NCBI RefSeq assembly: GCF_000008625.1
Contig: NC_000918.1
Span: forward strand, 810,001-842,000
DNA: 32,000 nt
Reading direction: 5' to 3'
DNA from: Aquifex aeolicus VF5
Lineage (GTDB): Bacteria; Aquificota; Aquificia; Aquificales; Aquificaceae
Positions 1 through 8,517 of this stretch are shown here, one piece after another (the first letter of the stretch is position 1; each line of letters begins with the position of its first letter). A program made the translations under genes and the position numbers. The notes beneath the pieces are model-generated. The model was given only the letters and a program-made list of their open reading frames with translations, searched no databases and was not told the origin of the DNA.

Positions 1-1
1 G

Positions 2-691
2 AAGATAGGAAAGTTTCCCTTCCTGAGGCCAGACGGAAAGGTTCTCGTGGCTATGATTTACGAGGACGGGAAGCCCTCTTACGTTCAGAGCATAGTTGCC
101 TACGTCCACCACGACCCCGACGTTTCCATAAATCACCTGAGGGAACTAATAATTGAAGAAATTATTAAAAAGGAAATTCCTGAGGAGTTCTTGACGGAAA
201 AAACGAGCATAAAGGTAAACCCCACAGGCAGGTTCGTAATTGGTGGACCCGTTGCGGACACGGGACTCACAGGAAGGAAGATAGTTTCCGACGCATACGG
301 AGATATAGGACTCTCCGGCGGTAGTGCCTTTTCAGGCAAGGACCCGACGAAGACAGATCGTTCAGGTTCTTACCTTGCGAGGATGATAGCGAAACACGTT
401 GTTGCCGGTGGATGGGCAGAGAGGTGTTTGGTTCAGATAGGGTACGCCTTCGGACTTACCGAACCCGTTGCTTTTGACATAGAAACCTTCGGAACGGAGA
501 AGATAAGCAAAGAAATACTGGAAGACGCTGTAAAGAAGGTATTTCCATTAAGACCAGCGGAAATAATAGAGTTCCTTGACCTCAGGAAACCCATATACAG
601 GCAAACATCCGTTTACGGACACTTCGGAAAGGAAAACCTCCCATGGGAAAAGTTAACGAAGCTTGAGGAGCTGAAGGAGTTACTCGATTAA
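2..691 (+). CDS. metK: S-adenosylmethionine synthetase, C-terminal ~230 aa (5' end outside window)
   Basis: The frame is open from nt 2 with no stop before the listed ATG at 47. The translation carries MetK-typical segments: RPDGKV..., NPTGRFVIGGPVADTGLTGRKI, GGSAFSGKDPTKTDRSGSY, YAFG, RQTSVYGHFG. Confidence 0.9.
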   Translation, partial: KIGKFPFLRPDGKVLVAMIYEDGKPSYVQSIVAYVHHDPDVSINHLRELIIEEIIKKEIPEEFLTEKTSIKVNPTGRFVIGGPVADTGLTGRKIVSDAYGDIGLSGGSAFSGKDPTKTDRSGSYLARMIAKHVVAGGWAERCLVQIGYAFGLTEPVAFDIETFGTEKISKEILEDAVKKVFPLRPAEIIEFLDLRKPIYRQTSVYGHFGKENLPWEKLTKLEELKELLD

Positions 692-1831
692 ATCAAGAAA
701 TTCTCTTATTTTCATTACCACGTAATCCTTCGGAGTTGTGTAAACCTTAACTATTTCATCTTCCACGAGGAGTACTTCCTTAAAACCCTTATCAAAGGCG
801 TAAATCAGGGAATGCTCCAGTCCCCTTTCCTTTACTATTTCCATTCCTACTTTTTTTCCCTTTTCCCTTAGGACATCCGCAAGCTTCAGCCCTAGACGCT
901 TTTTCGTTTTGTCTATCACGAAGTAATCCTTCTTTTCCACGTTTTTGGGAAGTATGTCAAGGAGTCTCTCCAAGTAAACAGCTCCGCCGGTTGCCGGGTA
1001 TTCCTTTCCGTAAATCTTTGATAGGTTATCGTACCTTCCTCCTCCCGCTAACGCCTTTCCGCTCTTCAGTTCGTAAATTTCAAAGATAACTCCCGTGTAG
1101 TAAGGGAAGTTCCTTACCTCTCCGAGGTCGTAGGCGTAATCTATGCCGAACTCCTCAAGCAGTTTCCCGAGCTCTAGGAGTTCTTCTTTTTCTTTTTCAA
1201 GATCGTACTTTTCCAGAAAGTTTAGAACCTCTGGATTTTTAGAAACTTCCACGAAGAACTTTATGTCGTTTCCGAGAACTTCCTTTAAAGCTTCCAAGTT
1301 CCTTTCTGAAAAGGCCCTCAGGAGTTCTTCCCTTTCATCGGCTACCTTTCTCACTATTCCCGCGTGGCTGAGTATCACTTTTAAGTCTTTAAGTCCCAAA
1401 GATTTCAAGAACTCGGTGAGTACCTGAATTACCTCAAAATCCGCGAGTATACTTTTTTCACCAATAAGCTCAACGCCGGTCTGGAGCTTCTCAAACCCCC
1501 TCCTGTCCAAGGAAAAAACTTTGCCGAAGTAGTAAACTCTCTCGGGGAGTTTTACGTTCCTGAGGTGGGATATAGTCCTCACCACCTGTGTGGTAAAGTC
1601 GAGCCTGAGACCGAAACTTTCCTTCGTGTAGCTGTCCTTGAAGGTTATCGCTTCCTTTGAACCTTCCCCAAAAGTGAGTTCCTGAAATTCGTAAGGTTCA
1701 AAGTGAGAAAGGTTTATGTAATCGTATCCGAAAGCTTCAAAAATTTTTACTGCTTTTTTGAATATCTCTTTCACGAGGTTGGATTCCTCTAAGCTGTAAA
1801 ATCTTTCTCCGGAAATCAGGGATGTTTTCAT
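680..1831 (-). CDS. hisZ: HisRS-like paralog, most likely ATP phosphoribosyltransferase regulatory subunit HisZ
   Basis: 383 aa with a class-II aaRS-like core: LRLDFTTQVVR resembles the HisZ 'LRxDxT' segment, and GGGRYDNL is present. It has a C-terminal anticodon-binding-like domain but diverges from a canonical HisRS motif 2. The ATG overlaps the hypX stop (ATGA, 1828-1831). Confidence 0.6.
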   Translation of the reverse strand: MKTSLISGERFYSLEESNLVKEIFKKAVKIFEAFGYDYINLSHFEPYEFQELTFGEGSKEAITFKDSYTKESFGLRLDFTTQVVRTISHLRNVKLPERVYYFGKVFSLDRRGFEKLQTGVELIGEKSILADFEVIQVLTEFLKSLGLKDLKVILSHAGIVRKVADEREELLRAFSERNLEALKEVLGNDIKFFVEVSKNPEVLNFLEKYDLEKEKEELLELGKLLEEFGIDYAYDLGEVRNFPYYTGVIFEIYELKSGKALAGGGRYDNLSKIYGKEYPATGGAVYLERLLDILPKNVEKKDYFVIDKTKKRLGLKLADVLREKGKKVGMEIVKERGLEHSLIYAFDKGFKEVLLVEDEIVKVYTTPKDYVVMKIREFLDLIE

Positions 1832-3516
1832 AGAGAAAATTTTAGCCTCCTGTGGATTGCCAGATACGGGGGCGTCCTGAAGTGGGGTTTCCTCCTGACG
1901 AAGTAGTAGCGCGCTATGTGATAACTCGTGTCAAAGCCGTAAAAGTTGAGTTTCATCTTTTCGAGTTCGTGCTCCCTGCACTTTTGTATTTCCTCGAGCC
2001 ACTCCCCGGAAGTCCTTTCCTTTTTCTTTTTCTCTATAAATTCATAAAAATCCTTTGAGTTTATGAAATTCTTTATTCTTTCCTTCAGCCTTTGTCTGAA
2101 TTCCTTCGGAGTTTTCCCGAAAACGCCGTCTATTAAACCTATCTCAAAGGCCTTTTTAGAGCTTATGGGCATCCTGTTTTCCATAACCTCTTTTCCCTTT
2201 TCCCAGCCGACTCTTTTGGGTAGGGTATACGTCCAGAATTCAGAACCATAAAGGTTTCCTATGTTTTTGTAGTGAGGGTTCAGAACCACACCTTCCCGAG
2301 CAAACACAAGGTCACAGGTAAGGGCTAAGAACACTCCTCCCGCACCTGCGTTTCCCTGCATTCCCGCAACGGTTAATTTGTCGGGAGTTTTCAGTATTTC
2401 CTCACAGACGTCGTCTATGGCGTTTATGTTCCTCCAGGACTCGTCCGCGGGACTTTCTGCGTTTTCTATGGTGTTTAAGTTCATGCCGTTGGAGAAAAAG
2501 TCTTCACTTCCAAGCAGAACTATAGCTTTAACGGGTCTCTTCTTAGCGTACTTTATCGTTTCTAATAGTCTGTAACACTGCTCCGTGGACATCGCTCCGT
2601 TGTAGAAGTTAAAGTGGATAAAACCTATGCCGTCCTCTTCCTCGTAAAGGATTTCCCTGTAAGTTTTAAAGTCCACTTTTTCCCACGGCTTTATAGGGTC
2701 TTCCTTAACTCCTTTTAGGAATTCTCCGAGAACTCTGGCGGAGGGGAGTTTTATACTTTCCTTTTTTCTCTCCCTCATGTGGGTAATCCAAACGGCTCCG
2801 TCTCTTGTTCCTATGCACACAGCCTCGTCGCGAAGGGCGAGCACTTCACCGGGCTTTCCTTTCAATTCCTCTTCAGGATACGCGTTGAAAAGGAGAACCT
2901 CCTTCCCCAGAACTTTTGAAGACGCTCCGGGTTGAGAATCCGAAGCGTAAACTTTTCTGAGAACTGTTTTCGTATCGTCCTGTTCCCAGTCCACTCTCCT
3001 TAATTCCTGCTCCATTTTGGGATTCCACCAGTGTTCCTTTTGTGGCGTTGGTTTAAAATCTCCCCTTTCAAAGTTCTCCAGCGCTTCTAACACGCACTCG
3101 ACCACTCCTTCCGTCACTTCGTTTCTGTATATACTTGCCTTTCTTGCAAAGCGCATGGGAAAGGTTCTGTAAGCCCAAACATCTCCGGCGTCGTACTCTT
3201 CAGAGGCTTCCAGAAGCGTAACTCCCCATATCCTTTCTCCTTTCATAATAGCCCAGTCAAGGGCGTTGGGCCCCCTGTCTCCGGGAGGTCCGGGGTGGAT
3301 TATGAGAGTTTTGTACTTCTTCCAGACTTCTTGAGGTATTTTTCTCTTTAAGAACGGGGCTATTATCAGGTCTGGTTTGTAAAGTTCTGCAGCCTCTACG
3401 GTGAGATCGGGATGAACGTCTAGTTCAACGGAAACCTCGTGTTCCCTTTCCGTAAGTTCGCAGTAAAGTCTTTGGGAAAGGGAGTTAAACCTGTAGGAGA
3501 GAAAGAGTATTCTCAT
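1828..3516 (-). CDS. hypX: Hydrogenase maturation factor HypX/HoxX (N-terminal formyltransferase-like domain + C-terminal crotonase/enoyl-CoA hydratase-like domain)
   Basis: 562 aa. The N-terminus is Fmt-like (IIAPFLKRKIP, IIHPGPPGDRGPNALDWAI). The C-terminus is crotonase-like (GSEDFFSNGMNLN, GNAGAGGVFLAL). It sits immediately downstream of hypC-hypD with an AGAGGT SD 7 nt before the ATG. Confidence 0.8.
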   Translation of the reverse strand: MRILFLSYRFNSLSQRLYCELTEREHEVSVELDVHPDLTVEAAELYKPDLIIAPFLKRKIPQEVWKKYKTLIIHPGPPGDRGPNALDWAIMKGERIWGVTLLEASEEYDAGDVWAYRTFPMRFARKASIYRNEVTEGVVECVLEALENFERGDFKPTPQKEHWWNPKMEQELRRVDWEQDDTKTVLRKVYASDSQPGASSKVLGKEVLLFNAYPEEELKGKPGEVLALRDEAVCIGTRDGAVWITHMRERKKESIKLPSARVLGEFLKGVKEDPIKPWEKVDFKTYREILYEEEDGIGFIHFNFYNGAMSTEQCYRLLETIKYAKKRPVKAIVLLGSEDFFSNGMNLNTIENAESPADESWRNINAIDDVCEEILKTPDKLTVAGMQGNAGAGGVFLALTCDLVFAREGVVLNPHYKNIGNLYGSEFWTYTLPKRVGWEKGKEVMENRMPISSKKAFEIGLIDGVFGKTPKEFRQRLKERIKNFINSKDFYEFIEKKKKERTSGEWLEEIQKCREHELEKMKLNFYGFDTSYHIARYYFVRRKPHFRTPPYLAIHRRLKFSL

Positions 3517-3528
3517 TCCGATAACCTC

Positions 3529-4671
3529 TTACTGAACTAAAGCCCTTCTGTACTTGTAGTAAGCCGCACAGGCTCCTTCCGAAGAAACCATACAGGAACC
3601 GAGCGGGTTTGAAGGCGTGCATACTGTTCCGAAGAGCTTGCAGTCCGTAGGTCTCGCAACGCCCCTTATTACCTTTCCGCATATACAGGCGGGGTGTTCC
3701 TTTGGCTCTGGAAGTTCAACCTCAAAGACCTTTTCCGCGTCAAACTCTTCGTACTCTTTCCTTATCTTCAGGGCGCTGTAAGGTATTGTGCCGAGTCCTC
3801 TCCACTCAAATTCCTTCCTCAGTTCAAATAATTCCGCAACGAGGTTTTGAGCCTTCAAGTTCCCCTTGTAAGTAACGAACCTTGTGTAATTGTTTTTAAC
3901 CTCAGCCCTCCCCTTGTAAATTTGTTTCAGTATTAGGTAAACGGCCTTCAGGACGTTTAATGGTTCAAACCCCGCTATCACCACCGGTTTCTGGAATTCC
4001 TCGGCAAAGTAGTGGTAAGGTTTCGTCCCTATTATCACGCTCACGTGCCCCGGTCCTATGAAGGCGTCTATCTCCACTTTTCCTATCTCCCTGATTTCCG
4101 GGGCGTTAAGTATGTGCTGGATCGCAGCGGGCGTTATAACGTGGTTGGAAACCACGAAGAGGTTTTTAATCCCTTCTTCCTTTGCCTTCTTTATAAGAAC
4201 GGCGGTTTGGGGAGTAGTGGTTTCAAAACCTATGGCAAAGAAGATAACCTTTTTATCAGGATTTTCTTTTGCTATTTTTAGCGTATCTAAGCACGAGTAA
4301 ACCATCCTGACGTCCGCACCTTCCGCCCGGACGTTGAGTAGGCTCTTCCTTTTCGAGCCCGGAACCCTCAGGAGGTCTCCGTAGGAGCACATAATGACGT
4401 CTTTCCTTTTTGCAAGCTCTATGGCGAGGTCTATCCTCTGCATGGGCATAACGCAAACAGGACACCCCGGCCCGTGGATAAAACGCACGACACCTTTTAG
4501 GAGCTGGTCTATGCCGTACTTCATTATGGCGTGGGTGTGCCCTCCGCAAAACTCCATTATGTTTACCGTTCTTCCTATCTTTTCAGAAAGTTTTTTTATC
4601 TTTTCGGAGAGTTTTAAAACCCTTTCTTTATCTTTATAGGCCTCAAAGATGGAAATTTCTTCAACCCTCAT
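3529..4671 (-). CDS. hypD: [NiFe]-hydrogenase maturation protein HypD
   Basis: 380 aa with HypD signature motifs CGGHTH, GPGCPVCV, GFETT and PGHVS, plus a Cys-rich C-terminus (CICGK...C...C...C). It overlaps the hypC 3' end by 11 nt. Confidence 0.9.
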   Translation of the reverse strand: MRVEEISIFEAYKDKERVLKLSEKIKKLSEKIGRTVNIMEFCGGHTHAIMKYGIDQLLKGVVRFIHGPGCPVCVMPMQRIDLAIELAKRKDVIMCSYGDLLRVPGSKRKSLLNVRAEGADVRMVYSCLDTLKIAKENPDKKVIFFAIGFETTTPQTAVLIKKAKEEGIKNLFVVSNHVITPAAIQHILNAPEIREIGKVEIDAFIGPGHVSVIIGTKPYHYFAEEFQKPVVIAGFEPLNVLKAVYLILKQIYKGRAEVKNNYTRFVTYKGNLKAQNLVAELFELRKEFEWRGLGTIPYSALKIRKEYEEFDAEKVFEVELPEPKEHPACICGKVIRGVARPTDCKLFGTVCTPSNPLGSCMVSSEGACAAYYKYRRALVQ

Positions 4672-4912
4672 ACATACCTTCCTCTTTTTCCATTTCTTCT
4701 ATTATTTCTTCGAAAAGCTCAAGACTCTTGAGGGCTTCCTCTTCATCCAGCTTTTGTATGGCAAACCCAACGTGTACAAGTACGTAGTCACCTACGTTTA
4801 CAGGTTCTGGCATGAGTTCGAGGGAAATTTTCCTTTTGACTCCGAGGGTATCCACAAGGGCTGTTCCGTCCTCGTAAACTTCCACAACTTTAGAAGGTAT
4901 AGCCAAGCACAT
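4661..4912 (-). CDS. hypC: [NiFe]-hydrogenase maturation chaperone HypC
   Basis: 83 aa starting MCLAIPSKVVEV (the conserved N-terminal Cys2 of the HypC/HupF family). Size and position upstream of hypD fit. Confidence 0.85.
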   Translation of the reverse strand: MCLAIPSKVVEVYEDGTALVDTLGVKRKISLELMPEPVNVGDYVLVHVGFAIQKLDEEEALKSLELFEEIIEEMEKEEGMYEG

Positions 4913-4925
4913 GTCTACTTTAATA

Positions 4926-4954
4926 ATTATATTCCTTCGGTGAATGGTTGTTCA
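4926..4954 (-). promoter_or_regulatory. Candidate promoter of the hypC-hypD-hypX-hisZ unit
   Basis: On the minus strand: TGAACA (plus-strand coordinates 4949-4954), a 17-nt spacer, then TATAAT (4926-4931). The -10 box ends 13 nt before the hypC ATG, implying a very short SD-less leader. Confidence 0.35.
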
Positions 4955-7900
4955 TAAAAAAGAAAAGCAAAAGGTTTCCATCTAAAAGTTATCCTATTAT
5001 TATGGCGTTAGAACTAATAGAAAGAGGATGTCCTAACTGCGGAGGGGTTATAAGTTCGGACAGGCTCGAAAAAGGCTTGCCCTGTTCAAAGTGCCTTCCA
5101 AAACCAACGGAAGAAAAAGTGTGCGATGCCCTTGAAGAACTGAAAACGCTAAAGTACTTAAAACCTTTCTGCGATACGGATAAAAGTCTTGAAAGATTTA
5201 TAAATTTCTTCGAAAAGGCTGTAGGTGCAAAGCCCTGGAGCCTCCAGAGGGTTTGGGCAAAGCGCGTTTTTATGAACCAGTCCTTTGCGATAGTAGCTCC
5301 AACTGGAGTCGGTAAAACCACCTTCGGACTCGTTATGTCTCTGTTCTTAAAGGGAAGAGTTTTGGCAATCTTCCCCACAAGGCTCCTCGCCCAGCAGGCG
5401 GGAGACAGACTCTCGGAGCTCGCCCAGAAGGTTGGAGTTAACAAAAAAATTCTCATTTACCAATCAAAGAAAAACATAAGGGAACAATTCCTTAACGGTG
5501 ATTGGGACATACTCCTCGGGACAAATATGTTCCTCCACAAGAACTTTGAAAACTTAATTAACTTTAAGTTCAAATTAATCTTCATAGACGACATAGACAG
5601 CTTTCTCAAGAGAGGTAAAAACGTAGATTACCTCTTTAAACTTCTCGGCTTTTCCGGCGAGGAGATAAAGCTCGCCCTCAAGGAAAACAAGACCCAGAGG
5701 GATTATGACAGGCTTGCAAGGATAAGAAAGAGAAAGAGGGATACGGTTCTCATCGTTTCTTCCGCCACCCTCAAACCTAGGGGAAAGAGGGCATACCTCT
5801 TCCGAAATTTACTCGGTTTTGACGTCCAGAAAGCTATAACAACGTTAAGGAACATAGTGGACGTTGCGGAGCCCGTAAAGGATCTCGAGGAAGCTCTGGA
5901 AAAATCCGTGGAACTTATAAAGAAACTCGGGAAAGGGGGACTCGTTTACCTTTCTGTCTTTTACGGAAAAGACAAAGTTCAAGAAGTAAAAGAGTTTTAT
6001 AGAAAGCACGGTATAAACGCTGTATCTTACTTGGACTACAAACCCGAGGAGCTTTATCAGATCCTCGAAAAGGGCGAGTTTGACGTTGCGGTAGGAATTT
6101 CCCACATAACGAACCCCTTAGTTCGTGGAATAGACCTTCCCCACATAATAAGGTACGCGGTCTTTTTAGACCCCCCGAAGCACGTATTCCCGACGGAACT
6201 TACTTTAAGCCCCCCACTCCTCCACGGACTGCTTCTTACGCTTCTCAACCTCTTTGAAGGAGACGACAGATTAAAGGCCATACAGTACGTTATGTACTTG
6301 AAAAGGTACCTCACCCTCAGAGAAGAACAACTCGACAACTACCCGAGGATAAAGGAAAGAGTGGAGGAGATAAAGAACTTCCTTGAGAATTACTTAAAAG
6401 ACGAGAACTTCCTTAAGAAGATAAAAGAGAGTGAAGACATCTCCCTAGTTCCTAAGGAGGGAAAGCTTTATATAGTCGTGGGAGACGCAAACTCCTACAT
6501 TCAGGCGAGCGGAAGAACCTCAAGGTTTATAGCAGGAGGAATGACGAAAGGACTTTCCGTGGTTTACTACTCCGACCCGAAGGCCTTTTACTCTCTCAAA
6601 AAACGCCTTGCCCTTTATTACATGACACAGGAAATAGAGTTCAAACGATTAAGCGAAGTAGACCTAAATAAATTAATAAAGGAAATAGACGAGGACAGAA
6701 AGAGGGCAAGGGAAATCCTTCAAGGAAAAGGTGTAGCTCAGATAAAGGACCTCTTCAAAACCACCCTCGTTATCGTTGAAAGCCCAAACAAGGCGAGAAC
6801 GATAGCGGGCTTTTTCGGAAAACCCCAGATGAGACTCGTGGAAGACTCCGTCGCCTACGAAGTTCCCTTGGGAGACAGACTCCTCGTCATAACCGCCTCC
6901 CTCGGACACGTTCTTGACCTCGTAACCGATAAAGGATTTTTCGGTGTCCTTGACGACACGTACCCCTACCTTCCCGTGTACGACACTATAAAGATATGCA
7001 GGGAAACACACGAACAGCACACTGAATACGAGTACCTAAAGAAACGCTGTAAGGGAAAAATAGAGGACAAGCTGGAAATAATAAAGGGAGTTAGGGAAGT
7101 TTCTTACGAAGTAGATGAAGTCTTTATAGCAACGGACCCTGACGCGGAAGGGGAAAAGATAGGTTACGACCTGTACCTCCTCTCAAAGCCCTTTAACTTC
7201 AACATAAAGAGGGCGGAATTCCACGAAGTCACGCCGAAGGCCTTTAGAGAAGCCATACAAAACCCCAGAGAAGTTGACCTGAACCTCGTAAAAGCACAGC
7301 TCGTGAGGAGAATTCTCGACAGGTGGGTGGGCTTTACGCTTTCCCACATCCTCTGGGACGCCTTCGGTAAAAAGTGGCTCTCCGCGGGAAGAGTCCAGAC
7401 ACCGGTTCTCGGCTGGGTAATAAAACGCTACGAAGAGTCAAAGGAAAAGAAGGGAGAAATCCTCCTTCACGTAAACGACTTCCCTTTAAAGATAGAAATT
7501 GAGGACCTGATGTTCGCAAAAGAAATTTTCAAGGACCTTGAACTGGCGGATATATCCCTCTCAAACCCTCAGGAAGAGGAAAAAAGACCGCTTCCTCCTT
7601 ATACGACAGACACGGTTCTGGAAGACGCAAACGAGAAACTCCACCTTTCCGCTCACAAAACGATGAAAATACTTCAGGAACTCTTTGAAGCGGGCTACAT
7701 AACCTACCACAGAACGGACTCCACCCGCGTATCGGATGCGGGAAAGTATTTAGTTGCAAAACCTTACATAACGAAGATGTTCGGAGAAGAGTACTTCTAC
7801 CCGAGGAGTTGGGGAGAGGGCGGTGCTCACGAGTGTATAAGACCCACAAGACCCTTAGAACCGAAAGACCTTGAGTTCATGATAACCGCGGGAATAGCGG

Positions 7901-8481
7901 AATTCGAGGATCCGGAAAATGCTCTGAAGGTTTATGAACTAATATTCAAGAGGTTTATGGCATCCCAGATGAGACCTGCAAAAGTAATAACGGAAGAAAT
8001 CATTTTAAAACTCCCCTACTTTGAGTGGAAGGAAAGGGTTGTAACTGAGGTAAAGGAACACGGTTTTGACCTCATGTATCCGACCTTCAAAGTCTTTCCC
8101 AAAAAAGAAAAACTAGAAATTACACATAAAGAGTTCAGGGAAGTTCCGAAAGTCTACCCCTACACGCAGGGAACGTTAATTCAGGAGATGAAAAGAAGAG
8201 GACTCGGAAGACCTTCAACTTACGCCCAGATAGTCCAGACGCTTCTTGAAAGGCACTACGTTGTGGAAGAAAAGGGATTTTTAATTCCCACGGATCTAGG
8301 AAGGGAAGTTTACGAATACCTGACCAAGCACTTCCCCGAGTGGACAAGTGAAGAACTCACGAGAAAACTTGAAGAGGCGATGGACAAAATAGAGAGAGGA
8401 GAACTCGATTACATGGAAGTTCTAAAGGAGGTTCACAGGATAAAGGTACTCCTGAAGGAAGAAAAGGCTTTTAAAAAATAA
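4948..8481 (+). CDS. rgy: Reverse gyrase (SF2 helicase-like domain fused to type IA topoisomerase)
   Basis: N-terminal zinc finger CPNCGG...CSKC; Walker A APTGVGKT; FIDDID box; SSAT; Toprim TLVIVESPNKARTIAGF and DPDAEGE; topo IA active-site region GYITYHRTDS. The start is ambiguous: TTG at 4948 (weak GGTGA SD) or ATG at 5002 (MALELIERGCPNCGG, no SD). Confidence 0.95.
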   Translation: MFIKKKSKRFPSKSYPIIMALELIERGCPNCGGVISSDRLEKGLPCSKCLPKPTEEKVCDALEELKTLKYLKPFCDTDKSLERFINFFEKAVGAKPWSLQRVWAKRVFMNQSFAIVAPTGVGKTTFGLVMSLFLKGRVLAIFPTRLLAQQAGDRLSELAQKVGVNKKILIYQSKKNIREQFLNGDWDILLGTNMFLHKNFENLINFKFKLIFIDDIDSFLKRGKNVDYLFKLLGFSGEEIKLALKENKTQRDYDRLARIRKRKRDTVLIVSSATLKPRGKRAYLFRNLLGFDVQKAITTLRNIVDVAEPVKDLEEALEKSVELIKKLGKGGLVYLSVFYGKDKVQEVKEFYRKHGINAVSYLDYKPEELYQILEKGEFDVAVGISHITNPLVRGIDLPHIIRYAVFLDPPKHVFPTELTLSPPLLHGLLLTLLNLFEGDDRLKAIQYVMYLKRYLTLREEQLDNYPRIKERVEEIKNFLENYLKDENFLKKIKESEDISLVPKEGKLYIVVGDANSYIQASGRTSRFIAGGMTKGLSVVYYSDPKAFYSLKKRLALYYMTQEIEFKRLSEVDLNKLIKEIDEDRKRAREILQGKGVAQIKDLFKTTLVIVESPNKARTIAGFFGKPQMRLVEDSVAYEVPLGDRLLVITASLGHVLDLVTDKGFFGVLDDTYPYLPVYDTIKICRETHEQHTEYEYLKKRCKGKIEDKLEIIKGVREVSYEVDEVFIATDPDAEGEKIGYDLYLLSKPFNFNIKRAEFHEVTPKAFREAIQNPREVDLNLVKAQLVRRILDRWVGFTLSHILWDAFGKKWLSAGRVQTPVLGWVIKRYEESKEKKGEILLHVNDFPLKIEIEDLMFAKEIFKDLELADISLSNPQEEEKRPLPPYTTDTVLEDANEKLHLSAHKTMKILQELFEAGYITYHRTDSTRVSDAGKYLVAKPYITKMFGEEYFYPRSWGEGGAHECIRPTRPLEPKDLEFMITAGIAEFEDPENALKVYELIFKRFMASQMRPAKVITEEIILKLPYFEWKERVVTEVKEHGFDLMYPTFKVFPKKEKLEITHKEFREVPKVYPYTQGTLIQEMKRRGLGRPSTYAQIVQTLLERHYVVEEKGFLIPTDLGREVYEYLTKHFPEWTSEELTRKLEEAMDKIERGELDYMEVLKEVHRIKVLLKEEKAFKK

Positions 8482-8517
8482 AACAATTTTTTGATTTGAA
8501 TTTCTATAATATTCATT

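Noticed and set aside
4989-5456. A 155 aa antisense ORF inside reverse gyrase. Similar long antisense or off-frame ORFs occur at 8979-9371, 8984-9310, 12196-12609, 18933-19274, 20002-20301, 28389-28853, 4256-4549 and 7529-7849.
   Set aside because: All lie entirely within well-supported, motif-rich genes. Their translations are low-complexity (Ser/Pro/Arg/Phe-rich) with no motifs or SDs, as expected from the reverse or shifted frames of purine-rich (GAA/AAG/GGA) coding sequence.
8491-8510. TTGATT (8491-8496) as the -35 partner of TATAAT (8505-8510).
   Set aside because: The spacer is only 8 nt, far from the 16-18 nt needed. Only the -10 element is credible.
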